Source: a virus
Taxonomy: Duplodnaviria > Heunggongvirae > Uroviricota > Caudoviricetes
IMG/VR virus record: IMGVR_UViG_2703718826_000002
Reading direction: 5' to 3' (one strand)
DNA: 18,148 nucleotides
A program made the position numbers and the translations under genes. The notes below the pieces were generated by a model. That model ran no database searches, was not told the DNA's origin, and worked only from the letters and a program-made list of their open reading frames with translations. Positions 10,274 through 18,148 of the stretch are shown here, piece by piece (the stretch's first letter is position 1; each line of letters begins with the position of its first letter).

Positions 10274-13200
10274 ATGACTCATCAAACACACACCATTGCT
10301 GAATCCAATAACTTTATCGTCCTTGATAAGTACATCAAAGCTGAGCAAACAGGCGACAGCTACCAGAGCGAATCGGACCTGGAACGTGAACTGATTCAGG
10401 ACCTGCGGAATCAGGGCTATGAATTTATATCCGTAAAATCACAGTCGGCGATGCTAGCCAATGTTCGGGAACAGCTTCAGAACCTCAATGGTGTGGTGTT
10501 TAATGACAGCGAGTGGCGGCGTTTCACGGAGCAGTATCTGGATAACCCGAGCGATGGCATTCTGGATAAGACCCGTAAAATCCATATCGACTATATTTGC
10601 GACTTTATTTTTGATGACGAGCGTCTTGAGAACATCTATTTGATAGATAAAAAGAATCTCATGCGCAATAAGGTGCAGATTATCCAGCAGTTTGAACAGA
10701 CGGGTTCTCATGCTAACCGTTATGACGTCACGATCCTGGTTAATGGTTTACCGCTGGTGCAAATCGAACTAAAAAAACGCGGGGTGGCGATTCGTGAGGC
10801 TTTCAACCAGATACATCGTTACAGTAAAGAGAGTTTTAACAGCGAAAATTCCCTGTTTAAGTATCTGCAGCTGTTCGTCATTTCCAACGGCACTGATACC
10901 CGTTATTTTGCCAACACCACAAAGCGCGATAAAAACAGTTTTGACTTCACCATGAACTGGGCTAAATCAGACAATACACTGATTAAAGACCTCAAAGACT
11001 TTACCGCTACCTTTTTCCAGAAACATACTCTGCTTAATGTTCTGGTGAACTACAGCGTTTTTGACAGCAGTCAGACACTACTGGTAATGCGACCGTACCA
11101 GATTGCCGCCACCGAGCGCATTCTGTGGAAAATTAAGAGTTCCTTTACAGCGAAGAACTGGTCAAAACCGGAAAGCGGTGGGTATATCTGGCACACTACC
11201 GGTTCTGGTAAAACCCTCACCAGCTTTAAAGCCGCGCGTCTGGCAACAGAGCTGGACTTTATTGATAAAGTCTTCTTTGTGGTCGACAGGAAAGACCTCG
11301 ATTACCAGACCATGAAGGAATATCAGCGTTTTTCGCCAGACAGCGTCAACGGCTCGGAAAATACCGCAGGTCTTAAACGAAATCTGGATAAGGACGATAA
11401 CAAAATTATCGTCACTACTATTCAGAAACTCAATAACCTGATGAAAGCAGAAAGCGATCTGCCTGTATATAATCAGCAAGTGGTGTTTATATTTGATGAA
11501 TGCCACCGCAGCCAGTTTGGAGAAGCGCAGAAAAACCTGAAGAAGAAATTCAAACGCTATTATCAGTTTGGTTTTACCGGCACCCCTATTTTCCCGGAAA
11601 ACGCCTTAGGCTCAGAAACAACCGCCAGCGTATTTGGTCGTGAATTGCATTCGTATGTAATTACCGATGCGATTCGTGACGAAAAAGTGCTCAAATTCAA
11701 GGTGGACTACAACGATGTGCGGCCACAGTTTAAGTCTTTAGAGACAGAAACTGACGAGAAAAAACTGAGTGCGGCTGAAAATCAGCAGGCGTTTCTTCAT
11801 CCCATGCGTATTCAGGAAATCACGCAATATATTCTGAATAATTTCCGCCAGAAAACCCACCGTACCTTCCCTGGCTCAAAAGGTTTTAATGCTATGTTGG
11901 CAGTGAGCAGCGTGGATGCCGCGAAAGCCTATTATGCGACGTTTAAACGGTTACAAGAAGAAGCCGCTAATAAATCGGCTACCTATAAACCGCTGCGTAT
12001 TGCGACAATCTTCTCCTTTGCCGCCAATGAAGAACAAAATGCCATTGGTGAAATTTCCGATGAAACTTTTGATACCAGCGCAATGGACAGCAGTGCTAAA
12101 GAGTTTCTGGACGCTGCAATTCGTGAATATAACAGCCATTTTAAAACTAACTTTAGCACCGACAGTAACGGTTTTCAGAACTACTATCGTGATTTAGCCC
12201 AGCGGGTTAAAAATCAGGATATCGATCTGCTAATTGTCGTGGGGATGTTTTTAACCGGCTTCGATGCTCCAACATTAAACACGCTATTCGTCGATAAAAA
12301 CTTGCGTTTTCACGGCCTGATGCAGGCATTCTCCCGCACCAACCGCATTTATGACGCGACTAAAACCTTCGGTAATATTGTCACGTTCCGGGATCTGGAA
12401 CGCTCAACCATTGATGCCATAACGCTGTTTGGTGACAAAAATACCAAAAATGTGGTTTTAGAAAAGAGTTATGCAGAGTATATGGAAGGCTTTACTGATG
12501 CTGCCACTGGTGAAGCTAAACGCGGCTTCATGACAGTAGTTTCAGAACTGGAACAACGGTTCCCTGACCCTACCAGTATTGAAAGTGAAAAAGAGAAGAA
12601 AGACTTCGTTAAACTGTTTGGCGAATACCTGCGTGCCGAGAACATCCTGCAAAACTATGATGAATTTGCCACGCTAAAAGCCCTGCAACAAATCGATCTT
12701 AGCGATCCTGTTGCGGTAGAAAAATTCAAAGCAGAACATTATGTGGATAATGAAAAGTTCGCTGAATTGCAAACAATTCGTCTCCCTGCTGATCGCAAGA
12801 TTCAGGATTATCGTTCTGCCTATAACGATATTCGCGACTGGCAGCGCCGTGAGAAAGAAGCTGAGAAAAAAGAGAAATCAACCACTGACTGGGATGACGT
12901 AGTTTTTGAGGTCGATTTGCTGAAGTCTCAGGAAATAAACCTGGATTATATCCTTGGACTGATTTTCGAACACAATAGACAAAATAAAGGCAAGGGCGAA
13001 ATGATCGAAGAGGTCAAACGCTTAATTCGTTCAAGCCTGGGGAACCGGGCGAAAGAGGGCCTGGTGGTCGATTTTATTCAGCAAACGAACCTGGATGATT
13101 TACCAGACAAAGCCAGTATCATTGAGGCATTCTTTACGTTTGCTCAACGCGAACAGCAACGTGAAGCAGAAGCATTGATAAAAGAAGAAAATCTCAATGA

Positions 13201-13390
13201 AGATGCAGCAAAACGCTATATTCGCACGTCTTTAAAACGCGAATACGCCACCGAAAATGGCACAGAATTAAACGAAACATTACCAAAACTTAGTCCGTTG
13301 AATCCGCAATATAAAACGAAAAAACAGGCAGTTTTCCAGAAAATCGTCTCGTTTATTGAGAAGTTTAAAGGCGTAGGCGGAAAAATATAG
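10274..13390 (+). CDS. hsdR: Type I R-M restriction subunit HsdR (Type IC; PD-(D/E)xK nuclease plus SF2 helicase motor)
   Basis: 1038 aa; nuclease motif VQIELKK, Walker A TGSGKT, DEAH-like FDECHRS; size matches recalled EcoR124I HsdR. Confidence 0.95.
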   Translation: MTHQTHTIAESNNFIVLDKYIKAEQTGDSYQSESDLERELIQDLRNQGYEFISVKSQSAMLANVREQLQNLNGVVFNDSEWRRFTEQYLDNPSDGILDKTRKIHIDYICDFIFDDERLENIYLIDKKNLMRNKVQIIQQFEQTGSHANRYDVTILVNGLPLVQIELKKRGVAIREAFNQIHRYSKESFNSENSLFKYLQLFVISNGTDTRYFANTTKRDKNSFDFTMNWAKSDNTLIKDLKDFTATFFQKHTLLNVLVNYSVFDSSQTLLVMRPYQIAATERILWKIKSSFTAKNWSKPESGGYIWHTTGSGKTLTSFKAARLATELDFIDKVFFVVDRKDLDYQTMKEYQRFSPDSVNGSENTAGLKRNLDKDDNKIIVTTIQKLNNLMKAESDLPVYNQQVVFIFDECHRSQFGEAQKNLKKKFKRYYQFGFTGTPIFPENALGSETTASVFGRELHSYVITDAIRDEKVLKFKVDYNDVRPQFKSLETETDEKKLSAAENQQAFLHPMRIQEITQYILNNFRQKTHRTFPGSKGFNAMLAVSSVDAAKAYYATFKRLQEEAANKSATYKPLRIATIFSFAANEEQNAIGEISDETFDTSAMDSSAKEFLDAAIREYNSHFKTNFSTDSNGFQNYYRDLAQRVKNQDIDLLIVVGMFLTGFDAPTLNTLFVDKNLRFHGLMQAFSRTNRIYDATKTFGNIVTFRDLERSTIDAITLFGDKNTKNVVLEKSYAEYMEGFTDAATGEAKRGFMTVVSELEQRFPDPTSIESEKEKKDFVKLFGEYLRAENILQNYDEFATLKALQQIDLSDPVAVEKFKAEHYVDNEKFAELQTIRLPADRKIQDYRSAYNDIRDWQRREKEAEKKEKSTTDWDDVVFEVDLLKSQEINLDYILGLIFEHNRQNKGKGEMIEEVKRLIRSSLGNRAKEGLVVDFIQQTNLDDLPDKASIIEAFFTFAQREQQREAEALIKEENLNEDAAKRYIRTSLKREYATENGTELNETLPKLSPLNPQYKTKKQAVFQKIVSFIEKFKGVGGKI

Positions 13391-13406
13391 CCCAATTCGT
13401 ATTTTT

Positions 13407-13434
13407 CTTGCGGGTTCTTAATTAAACCCGCAAG
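13407..13434. terminator. hairpin (9-10-bp stem CTTGCGGGT/ACCCGCAAG) 17 nt after hsdR stop, without U-tract; possible terminator or RNA-stabilising stem
   Basis: Perfect inverted repeat; A-rich rather than U-rich 3' flank on either strand. Confidence 0.3.
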
Positions 13435-13469
13435 AGACCGTGGGGTTCCAAATGGCTAATATACTCCCC

Positions 13470-13556
13470 TTACCCATGCGCGACAATGCTGCCAAAAGTG
13501 ATAGAGAACAGCCAGAAATAGATCGCGGCCATAATGATTTTGAATGCCGTGTTCAT
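13470..13556 (-). CDS. candidate small hydrophobic membrane peptide (28 aa, MNTAFKIIMAAIYFWLFSITFGSIVAHG)
   Basis: Below the ORF-track size cut-off; strong RBS AGGAG 8 nt upstream of ATG; single predicted transmembrane helix. Confidence 0.3.
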   Translation of the reverse strand: MNTAFKIIMAAIYFWLFSITFGSIVAHG

Positions 13557-13583
13557 ATTTTCAGCTCCTGTGATTGATTGGAT

Positions 13584-13615
13584 ACATGCCGCGCCTTGCG
13601 GCATGTTTTTATTTT
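13584..13615 (+). terminator. rho-independent terminator (plus strand): 9-bp stem ACATGCCGC/GCGGCATGT, loop GCCTT, then TTTTATTTT
   Basis: Textbook hairpin plus U-tract; likely terminates hsdR or an antisense transcript. The same hairpin would sit in the 5' leader of the minus-strand peptide mRNA. Confidence 0.6.
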
Positions 13616-13638
13616 CACTTTCTCTGTTTTAAAAATCA

Positions 13639-13655
13639 AGATTTATTAGAGCAAT
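13639..13655 (-). promoter_or_regulatory. C1-type operator (ATTGCTCTAATAAATCT on minus strand, 16/17 to consensus)
   Basis: Best consensus match in the window; immediately follows the TAA stop of the HAD gene; promoter-like TTGATT-N17-GAAAAT downstream. Confidence 0.55.
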
Positions 13656-14161
13656 TATTGTTGATGGAGAAGCGCGTTTCCATACTCCCTGACCATTAAC
13701 GTAAGTACGCCGTGACTCCTGAAAACACGCGCCACTTCAATCTTATCTTCCAGCGCGAACGCAATTTTACTTAGACCAATTTTCTTCAGGAGATCAATCT
13801 TTGCTGGACCGTCATTTCTGTCATCGGTGGCAGGACGCATAGATAGCAAAGGCTCAGCCCCATTTGTTACGTGCTTACGCAACCAGGCTCGTGTTTTATC
13901 CCTGGCTATCTCACAGCGCCCGGTTACAAACCAGAGGGTGTAAATGCCGGACAACTGGCGCACCATATCAATAACTGGAGTGATGGGAGCATCAGTGTCA
14001 CAGGCAAGGTTAAACTCGTTCCAGTGCTCTGTTAATGCACCTTTGCCAGGTGGTGGAAGTAAATGCAGCCTGTCTTCCGTTGCCTCTGATATCGTCCCAT
14101 CAATATCTACTATGACGATGTACGGACGTTCCTGGTGTGCGTGTTTATTGAAAATACTCAA
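13655..14161 (-). CDS. HAD-superfamily phosphatase (polynucleotide 3'-phosphatase / nucleotidase-like)
   Basis: 168 aa; HAD motif I VDIDGT, later conserved T/S, K and DD motifs; TTG start with GGAGG SD. Confidence 0.6.
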   Translation of the reverse strand: MSIFNKHAHQERPYIVIVDIDGTISEATEDRLHLLPPPGKGALTEHWNEFNLACDTDAPITPVIDMVRQLSGIYTLWFVTGRCEIARDKTRAWLRKHVTNGAEPLLSMRPATDDRNDGPAKIDLLKKIGLSKIAFALEDKIEVARVFRSHGVLTLMVREYGNALLHQQ

Positions 14162-14180
14162 ATGCCCTCCTCATTGGACG

Positions 14181-14213
14181 AAAAAAATGCTGGTGGGAGC
14201 ACTCCACCAGCAT
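14181..14213 (-). terminator. rho-independent terminator (minus strand): 10-bp stem ATGCTGGTGG/CCACCAGCAT, 7-nt loop, then U6-7
   Basis: Perfect stem followed by a U-run in minus-strand sense, between the truncated orfA-like ORF and the HAD gene. Confidence 0.6.
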
Positions 14214-14233
14214 TAAAAGTGACACTGTAACTA

Positions 14234-14460
14234 TCAGCGAACGTAAATAGTGCCGCCGTTCTCTTTTTCCCATGCATCGCTACGTGCATAGCAAACATCG
14301 AGAAGTCTTCTTGCCGCAGTTTCCTCTACCCCAGCTTCGGCTTCGCGGAGAATACTGATGATCTGTTCGTCGGAAAAACGCTTCTTCATGGGGATGTCCT
14401 CATGTGGCTTATGAAGACATTACTAACATCGGGGTGTACTAATCAACGGGGAGCAGGTCA
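14234..14460 (-). mobile_element. IS3-family (IS407-like) left-end remnant: terminal repeat-like TGACCTGCTCCCC plus truncated orfA (51 codons)
   Basis: Minus strand from 14460 begins TGACCTGC...; ORF 14234-14389 starts MKKRFSDEQIISILREAEAG (typical IS3 OrfA N-terminus) with GAGGA SD, diverges, and stops after a conserved GG. Confidence 0.4.
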
Positions 14461-14889
14461 AACCATCGCGGTCATTTCATTGAGTTTTGTTTCCAGCTCA
14501 ATGCTTATACGTTCGGCATTATCAGCACGCTGGTTGGCGTCATGCGTCGCATCGTCGATCGCGTCCTGTTGCTGGCGTTTCAAATGTTCAATTTGCAGCT
14601 GAAGCTCTTCAATTTCTTTACCCTTCAGACCGAGATCCAACTGCATATTTTCAGCTGCATCTACCAGGGAGTTATGGCTATCAGCTTCTGCGTTATAAAC
14701 ATCAATAAGCTGTGCGTGAAGCATCTCCGCTGACTGAACCGCATTATCAAAAAAACGTGCTGTGAGGTCATCACAACTAACGCGGCGTTGCGCGGCCCGG
14801 ATGTTCTGGATAATGGCCGGGATACCGGCATTCAGGACATCAGGGATAGATACATTTTCGATTGATTGGTTTTGTGCTGAAGTGCTCAT
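14458..14889 (-). CDS. hypothetical coiled-coil protein (143 aa)
   Basis: Intact ORF with heptad-rich, Gln/Glu-rich C-terminal half; abuts the 72-aa ORF. Confidence 0.45.
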   Translation of the reverse strand: MSTSAQNQSIENVSIPDVLNAGIPAIIQNIRAAQRRVSCDDLTARFFDNAVQSAEMLHAQLIDVYNAEADSHNSLVDAAENMQLDLGLKGKEIEELQLQIEHLKRQQQDAIDDATHDANQRADNAERISIELETKLNEMTAMV

Positions 14890-14890
14890 T

Positions 14891-15109
14891 TCAAAGTTCC
14901 GTATTAGCTTGTGCTTCGGTCATTTTTCCTAAGTATGAAGGTGGAAGGACTACGCAATTTGTATCCAGTCCCTCACCTATGGCAGCCTGTAAAATTCTGG
15001 CTAAGGTGAGTCTCTTGTTGCGATACCTGGTGATGACATGCCTGATACCGCCGGTCGGCGTAACAAAGGCGATCAGCCAGTAGTGATATTTCCGTCGGAA
15101 TGGCCACAT
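14891..15109 (-). CDS. hypothetical small protein (72 aa)
   Basis: ORF with AAGGTG SD; first gene downstream of the dual-operator/terminator element. Confidence 0.4.
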   Translation of the reverse strand: MWPFRRKYHYWLIAFVTPTGGIRHVITRYRNKRLTLARILQAAIGEGLDTNCVVLPPSYLGKMTEAQANTEL

Positions 15110-15123
15110 AGTGCACCTTATAG

Positions 15124-15189
15124 ATTGCTCTAATAAAAAACGTGATGAGTGTACATCACGTTTTAAAAATATGGAATTATTAGAGCAAT
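15124..15189. promoter_or_regulatory. dual inverted C1-type operators (15124-15140 plus strand; 15173-15189 minus strand) flanking a perfect hairpin terminator (15140-15161)
   Basis: ATTGCTCTAATAAAAAA and revcomp ATTGCTCTAATAATTCC (each 14/17); central stem ACGTGATG/CATCACGT with A/T tracts on both sides. Confidence 0.55.
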
Positions 15190-15190
15190 A

Positions 15191-15892
15191 TTATTCTGAT
15201 TCTCGCTCAAAAAATGAGCTGATAAGGGGAAGCCAATCCTCTGACACTTCGCGAGGTCGCGGTTTGCCGTGGAAAAAGATTATTCGGCAGTCTTTTGGTA
15301 ATGCCCCATTCCCCCTGGAGTAACGCGCGCTCGCATATTTCGAACCAGGTTCCACAACATCGGCCTTGTAACTTACAAACCATCCCGGATACAGATCCTG
15401 AAATGCTGGTGTATCATCACCCATAACCTTCCGCAAAAACCCCTGCTCACCCCAGCATTCAGTAGTAACACAACGAGCAATCCAACCTTCCGGATCTTGC
15501 CAGAATGCACTCCAGATATGCGCTTTTACACTATTTGGTATCCACAGGGCACCGCTGCCACGATATTGTGGATGGTAAAAATCCCTAAGCATGGTGAAGC
15601 TGGTTGGTGGATTCTCTAGGATTGGGCGTATATCACCGGCAATAACCGTGTCCAAATCCAGATAGAACAGATCATCGGTTATATCCGGTCGGAACAACTC
15701 GATTTTCGCCCACCAGCCACGGCACTTTTGCCACTGGTTGATCAATGGGACAACTTTGACGCCAGGTACATGTAAACGCTTCAGGTCTGTCAGGCAAATA
15801 ATTTCATAGCCTTTTGGCAGTTGATTAACCAGCCACTGCACATCGGAAGCGTTATAGTCACCACCAGAGCGAAGAACTAAAGCAATCTTCAT
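15191..15892 (-). CDS. GT-A fold glycosyltransferase, family-8-like (DxD motif YLDLDTV; HxxGxxKP-like FFHGKPRP)
   Basis: 233 aa; N-terminal beta-strand KIALVL, DxD and C-terminal His/Lys motif resemble retaining GT8 enzymes (LgtC/RfaJ type). ATGA overlap with the upstream phosphatase gene. Confidence 0.5.
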   Translation of the reverse strand: MKIALVLRSGGDYNASDVQWLVNQLPKGYEIICLTDLKRLHVPGVKVVPLINQWQKCRGWWAKIELFRPDITDDLFYLDLDTVIAGDIRPILENPPTSFTMLRDFYHPQYRGSGALWIPNSVKAHIWSAFWQDPEGWIARCVTTECWGEQGFLRKVMGDDTPAFQDLYPGWFVSYKADVVEPGSKYASARYSRGNGALPKDCRIIFFHGKPRPREVSEDWLPLISSFFERESE

Positions 15893-16581
15893 GCTGCACC
15901 ATCACCTTTCACTTTCATCAATGTCAGGTTTCCGCAAAATACGGCACCTGTGTCGATATAATGCTGATTCCAGAATGTCTTCGGGCTTTTCACCGGAGTG
16001 TGACCAAAGATAAAACGATCTGCGCCAGAAATTTCGCCACCAATATCATCCATCGAATCACTGATACGCTCGCGCGCCCAGACAACGTTGAAAAGCGGCA
16101 CCTCCTTACCGAATTGATATTCATTATCCGGATAGTCGGCATGGGCTATAACGATAGTTTCTTGCCCGGTGTTCAACTCAATGATATAGGGCAGTCGTCT
16201 TACCAACTCCACCAGCGCCCTGGCTAATATTTCCTGATCAGCGTCCAGCATGAAGAACCATTGACCGCCATTCATTAGCCAGTTATTCACGTTGCCATCT
16301 GGACTTAACGCATCAATCATCAGCCGCTCATGGTTCCCCATCACTGCCCTGAACCAGGGCATCTGCAATAGTTCCAGACATTCGACATTTTCAGTACCGC
16401 GATCGATAAGGTCGCCGACCGATATCAGTAAATCCTGCGCCGGGTCAAAATCCACACGATGGAGTTCGGACATCAGTCTGGTGTAGCAACCATGCAGATC
16501 ACCAACAACCCAGACATTCCTGTATTTGGTACCGTCGATACGGTGATAAATTGTGGGTGCCATCATGTATTCTTCAGCCAT
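15889..16581 (-). CDS. PPP-family serine/threonine protein phosphatase (lambda ORF221 / PrpA-PrpB type)
   Basis: 230 aa; metallophosphoesterase motifs GDLHGC, GDLIDRG, GNHE, and C-terminal YIDTGAVF as in E. coli PrpA. Confidence 0.9.
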   Translation of the reverse strand: MAEEYMMAPTIYHRIDGTKYRNVWVVGDLHGCYTRLMSELHRVDFDPAQDLLISVGDLIDRGTENVECLELLQMPWFRAVMGNHERLMIDALSPDGNVNNWLMNGGQWFFMLDADQEILARALVELVRRLPYIIELNTGQETIVIAHADYPDNEYQFGKEVPLFNVVWARERISDSMDDIGGEISGADRFIFGHTPVKSPKTFWNQHYIDTGAVFCGNLTLMKVKGDGAA

Positions 16582-17189
16582 TCTTTAAGAGTCATCTGCG
16601 GAATACCTCCCATTTTCCCGCATGAAACAACGTCAATCTGTTCACGCGCAGACTGGAATAACAAAGGCAGGTGACTTAGATTTTTTGGCGTGCCGCCGGA
16701 GTGAACGCGTGGTTCTTGTGTAGCGTCAACGCCCACCAGGGCGACATGTTTGAATCCGATATGGAAAGCCAGGTTCAGAGCACCATATGCACTATTGCCG
16801 CTGGCAATTTCATTCTCATCTTCGCAAAGGCCGAAATGTGCGGACCAGCGCCACGCCCACCACTCGGGAGAATTCGTATTTTTTGGCTCCGTGCCGCGCT
16901 CAGCCACACGACGGAAGCACAGAACGCCATCTCTGACTTCACGTTCTTTAACATCGGGTAGTGCCATGCAATAACAAACACCACGGCGACGGCGGCCACG
17001 ACCAACGCGCCGCATATTGTCTGGCGATGGATCAAGGGTGAAAAAATAAGAAGCGCGGTTAAGCCAGTCGATGGCCCCATTGACCGCTATAATCGGCACT
17101 CCGCGCGGCGCAACAAAGTTTGCGGCGCTTGGGCCACTGCCGACGATAATAACGCGATCACTGCCTCTAAATTTATTCTTGGGAAACAT
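16563..17189 (-). CDS. GxGPS-motif Rossmann-like protein A, sialyltransferase/Maf/MptE-like (GT42/DUF115-like fold)
   Basis: 208 aa; VIIVGSGPS ... IIAVN ... [12 protein letters not shown]...VALVGVD pattern resembles CstII-type GNGPS ... SG..A..A..G....L.G.D motifs; paralogue of protein B. Confidence 0.5.
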   Translation of the reverse strand: MFPKNKFRGSDRVIIVGSGPSAANFVAPRGVPIIAVNGAIDWLNRASYFFTLDPSPDNMRRVGRGRRRRGVCYCMALPDVKEREVRDGVLCFRRVAERGTEPKNTNSPEWWAWRWSAHFGLCEDENEIASGNSAYGALNLAFHIGFKHVALVGVDATQEPRVHSGGTPKNLSHLPLLFQSAREQIDVVSCGKMGGIPQMTLKEWLKNT

Positions 17190-17749
17190 TGAATTGCACT
17201 GCTCCTACTTGCATTCAAAATATGTAAATCTGCGTGTTTTTTGCGGGTATCCAGGAACTGCTGTTGCCATTTTGAAATAGACACCTGCGTTGGATTCCGT
17301 AGGGCTTGAGGGTGCGCGCCATGCCAATGAAGGCCGTTTTGCAGAGAACAGTCATAGCCGACTAATACCACTACTTCAGCCCCTGATTCAGCAGCCAGAC
17401 TGATAGCCTGCGCGCCGCTATTTACCCCTTCCGCCGGTCCACAATATCGCCTGTACTCCAACGAAAATGATTTCGCCGCCGCCAGGTTGGCTGTCACTTT
17501 GCGGAATCTCCCTCCCGGTATGGTGGATCCGTATTGCTTCCACCATGACAAATCACCGGCGTATAAGGCATAAATGTCATCGAACATCTGCCAGGAATTG
17601 TTAACCGCGATGATTGAACAGCCAGTTTTTTCTATAGCAGCACAGTCCTCACGAGTGAGTGACGGACCGCTACCGACACAAAAAACAGTCCTAGTCGCCC
17701 TGGGTGGTATGTTCATTCTCAGCTGCAAATTCAGCCTCCAGGCGAGCAT
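17087..17749 (-). CDS. GxGPS-motif Rossmann-like protein B, paralogue of A (sialyltransferase/Maf/MptE-like)
   Basis: 220 aa (possibly starting at internal MNIPP, 17716); VFCVGSGPS ... IIAVNN ... NSGAQAISLA...VVVLVGYD; 3' end overlaps the start of A by about 100 nt in another frame. Confidence 0.5.
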   Translation of the reverse strand: MLAWRLNLQLRMNIPPRATRTVFCVGSGPSLTREDCAAIEKTGCSIIAVNNSWQMFDDIYALYAGDLSWWKQYGSTIPGGRFRKVTANLAAAKSFSLEYRRYCGPAEGVNSGAQAISLAAESGAEVVVLVGYDCSLQNGLHWHGAHPQALRNPTQVSISKWQQQFLDTRKKHADLHILNASRSSAIQCFPRINLEAVIALLSSAVAQAPQTLLRRAECRL

Positions 17750-17889
17750 TCATTTCAGCGATTACCGGGTCCACTACAGCATCTGCTTCCTGTTCATTAC
17801 GCGGCATGATCGATGCCAGCGATTCATAATTAGCCTTGAATGACACGATTATTCTCCCGATGTTAATGTGCGCTATATCAAAGAGCACA

Positions 17890-17906
17890 TATGCACTAAT
17901 TAATTT
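17890..17906 (+). promoter_or_regulatory. weak C1-operator-like site (TATGCACTAATTAATTT, 13/17), same ATGCACTAAT variant as the site at 346-362
   Basis: Located in the intergenic region between the VRR-NUC gene and the downstream operon. Confidence 0.25.
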
Positions 17907-17912
17907 ATTATT

Positions 17913-18148
17913 TTAAGCAGCATACAACCACTTGTCGCCGTTCAATACATGCTCAATAGCCTCACCCTTTTTAAGGCTTATGTATTCCAGGATGGCGGTT
18001 ATCGCTTGTTCTGCACCATACGCAAGAACGACGTAGTAACCTTCCTCTCTAAGCCTGCGCATCCAGGCGATCTGCTCTTTCGTCGGGGCTTTACCATTTG
18101 GTTCTTTAAGCTCAATTCGCATGCCGTGATAGGTGATGCTGCCAACTT
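17913..18148 (-). CDS. VRR-NUC domain nuclease (PD-(D/E)xK), 5'-partial; gene continues beyond window end
   Basis: C-terminal motif IELKEPNGKAPTKEQIAWMRRLREEGYYV typical of VRR-NUC; reading frame remains open to position 18148. Confidence 0.55.
   Translation of the reverse strand, partial: VGSITYHGMRIELKEPNGKAPTKEQIAWMRRLREEGYYVVLAYGAEQAITAILEYISLKKGEAIEHVLNGDKWLYAA

Noticed and set aside
14402-14733. Plus-strand ORFs overlapping the 143-aa coiled-coil gene (14402-14602, 14487-14708, 14542-14733)
   Set aside because: Multiple overlapping short frames antisense to the minus-strand gene, typical of a Gln/Glu/Ala-rich coding strand; no RBS.
15111-15323. Plus-strand ORF (70 aa) overlapping the dual-operator element and antisense to the GT8-like gene 3' end
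   Set aside because: Begins inside the operator/hairpin element with a GTG and runs antisense to a well-supported gene; the operator motif itself supplies the LLEQ codons.
17691-17888. 65-aa ORF (or 38-aa version from internal ATG at 17807) between the VRR-NUC gene and protein B
   Set aside because: Overlaps the 5' end of gene B and the operator-like site; no motif support. Could be a small acidic protein but evidence is insufficient to call.

Overview
This 18.1-kb window reads as a mosaic mobile-element segment with a P1-like phage-plasmid (or prophage) backbone carrying an inserted Type IC restriction-modification locus. Left to right: two small plus-strand genes (137-1308); a minus-strand antirepressor module (small ORF coupled to an Ant-like gene, 1559-2673) preceded by an operator-controlled promoter and a short terminated leader transcript; a packaging block whose large terminase is split into two ORFs (3033-4605) plus a small acidic partner that is also frame-split (4605-5236); a Cys-rich 347-aa gene; a phd-doc toxin-antitoxin pair (6580-7181); an EcoR124-family hsdM-hsdS-hsdR locus (7358-13390) whose hsdS carries two near-identical target-recognition domains; a small hydrophobic peptide ORF, a HAD-type phosphatase and an IS3-family left-end remnant (13470-14460); and a tight minus-strand operon of a GT8-like glycosyltransferase, a PPP-family Ser/Thr phosphatase and two paralogous GxGPS-motif proteins (15191-17749), ending in a partial VRR-NUC nuclease gene. 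A 17-bp motif matching the asymmetric P1 C1-repressor operator consensus ATTGCTCTAATAAATTT recurs at least five times (plus two weaker sites), almost always abutting stop codons and overlapping promoter-like hexamers. The most promising candidates for something undescribed are the symmetric hsdS and the four-gene enzymatic operon. All functional calls come from motif reading and recalled family knowledge; no database search was possible, and motif coordinates may be off by 1-2 bp.
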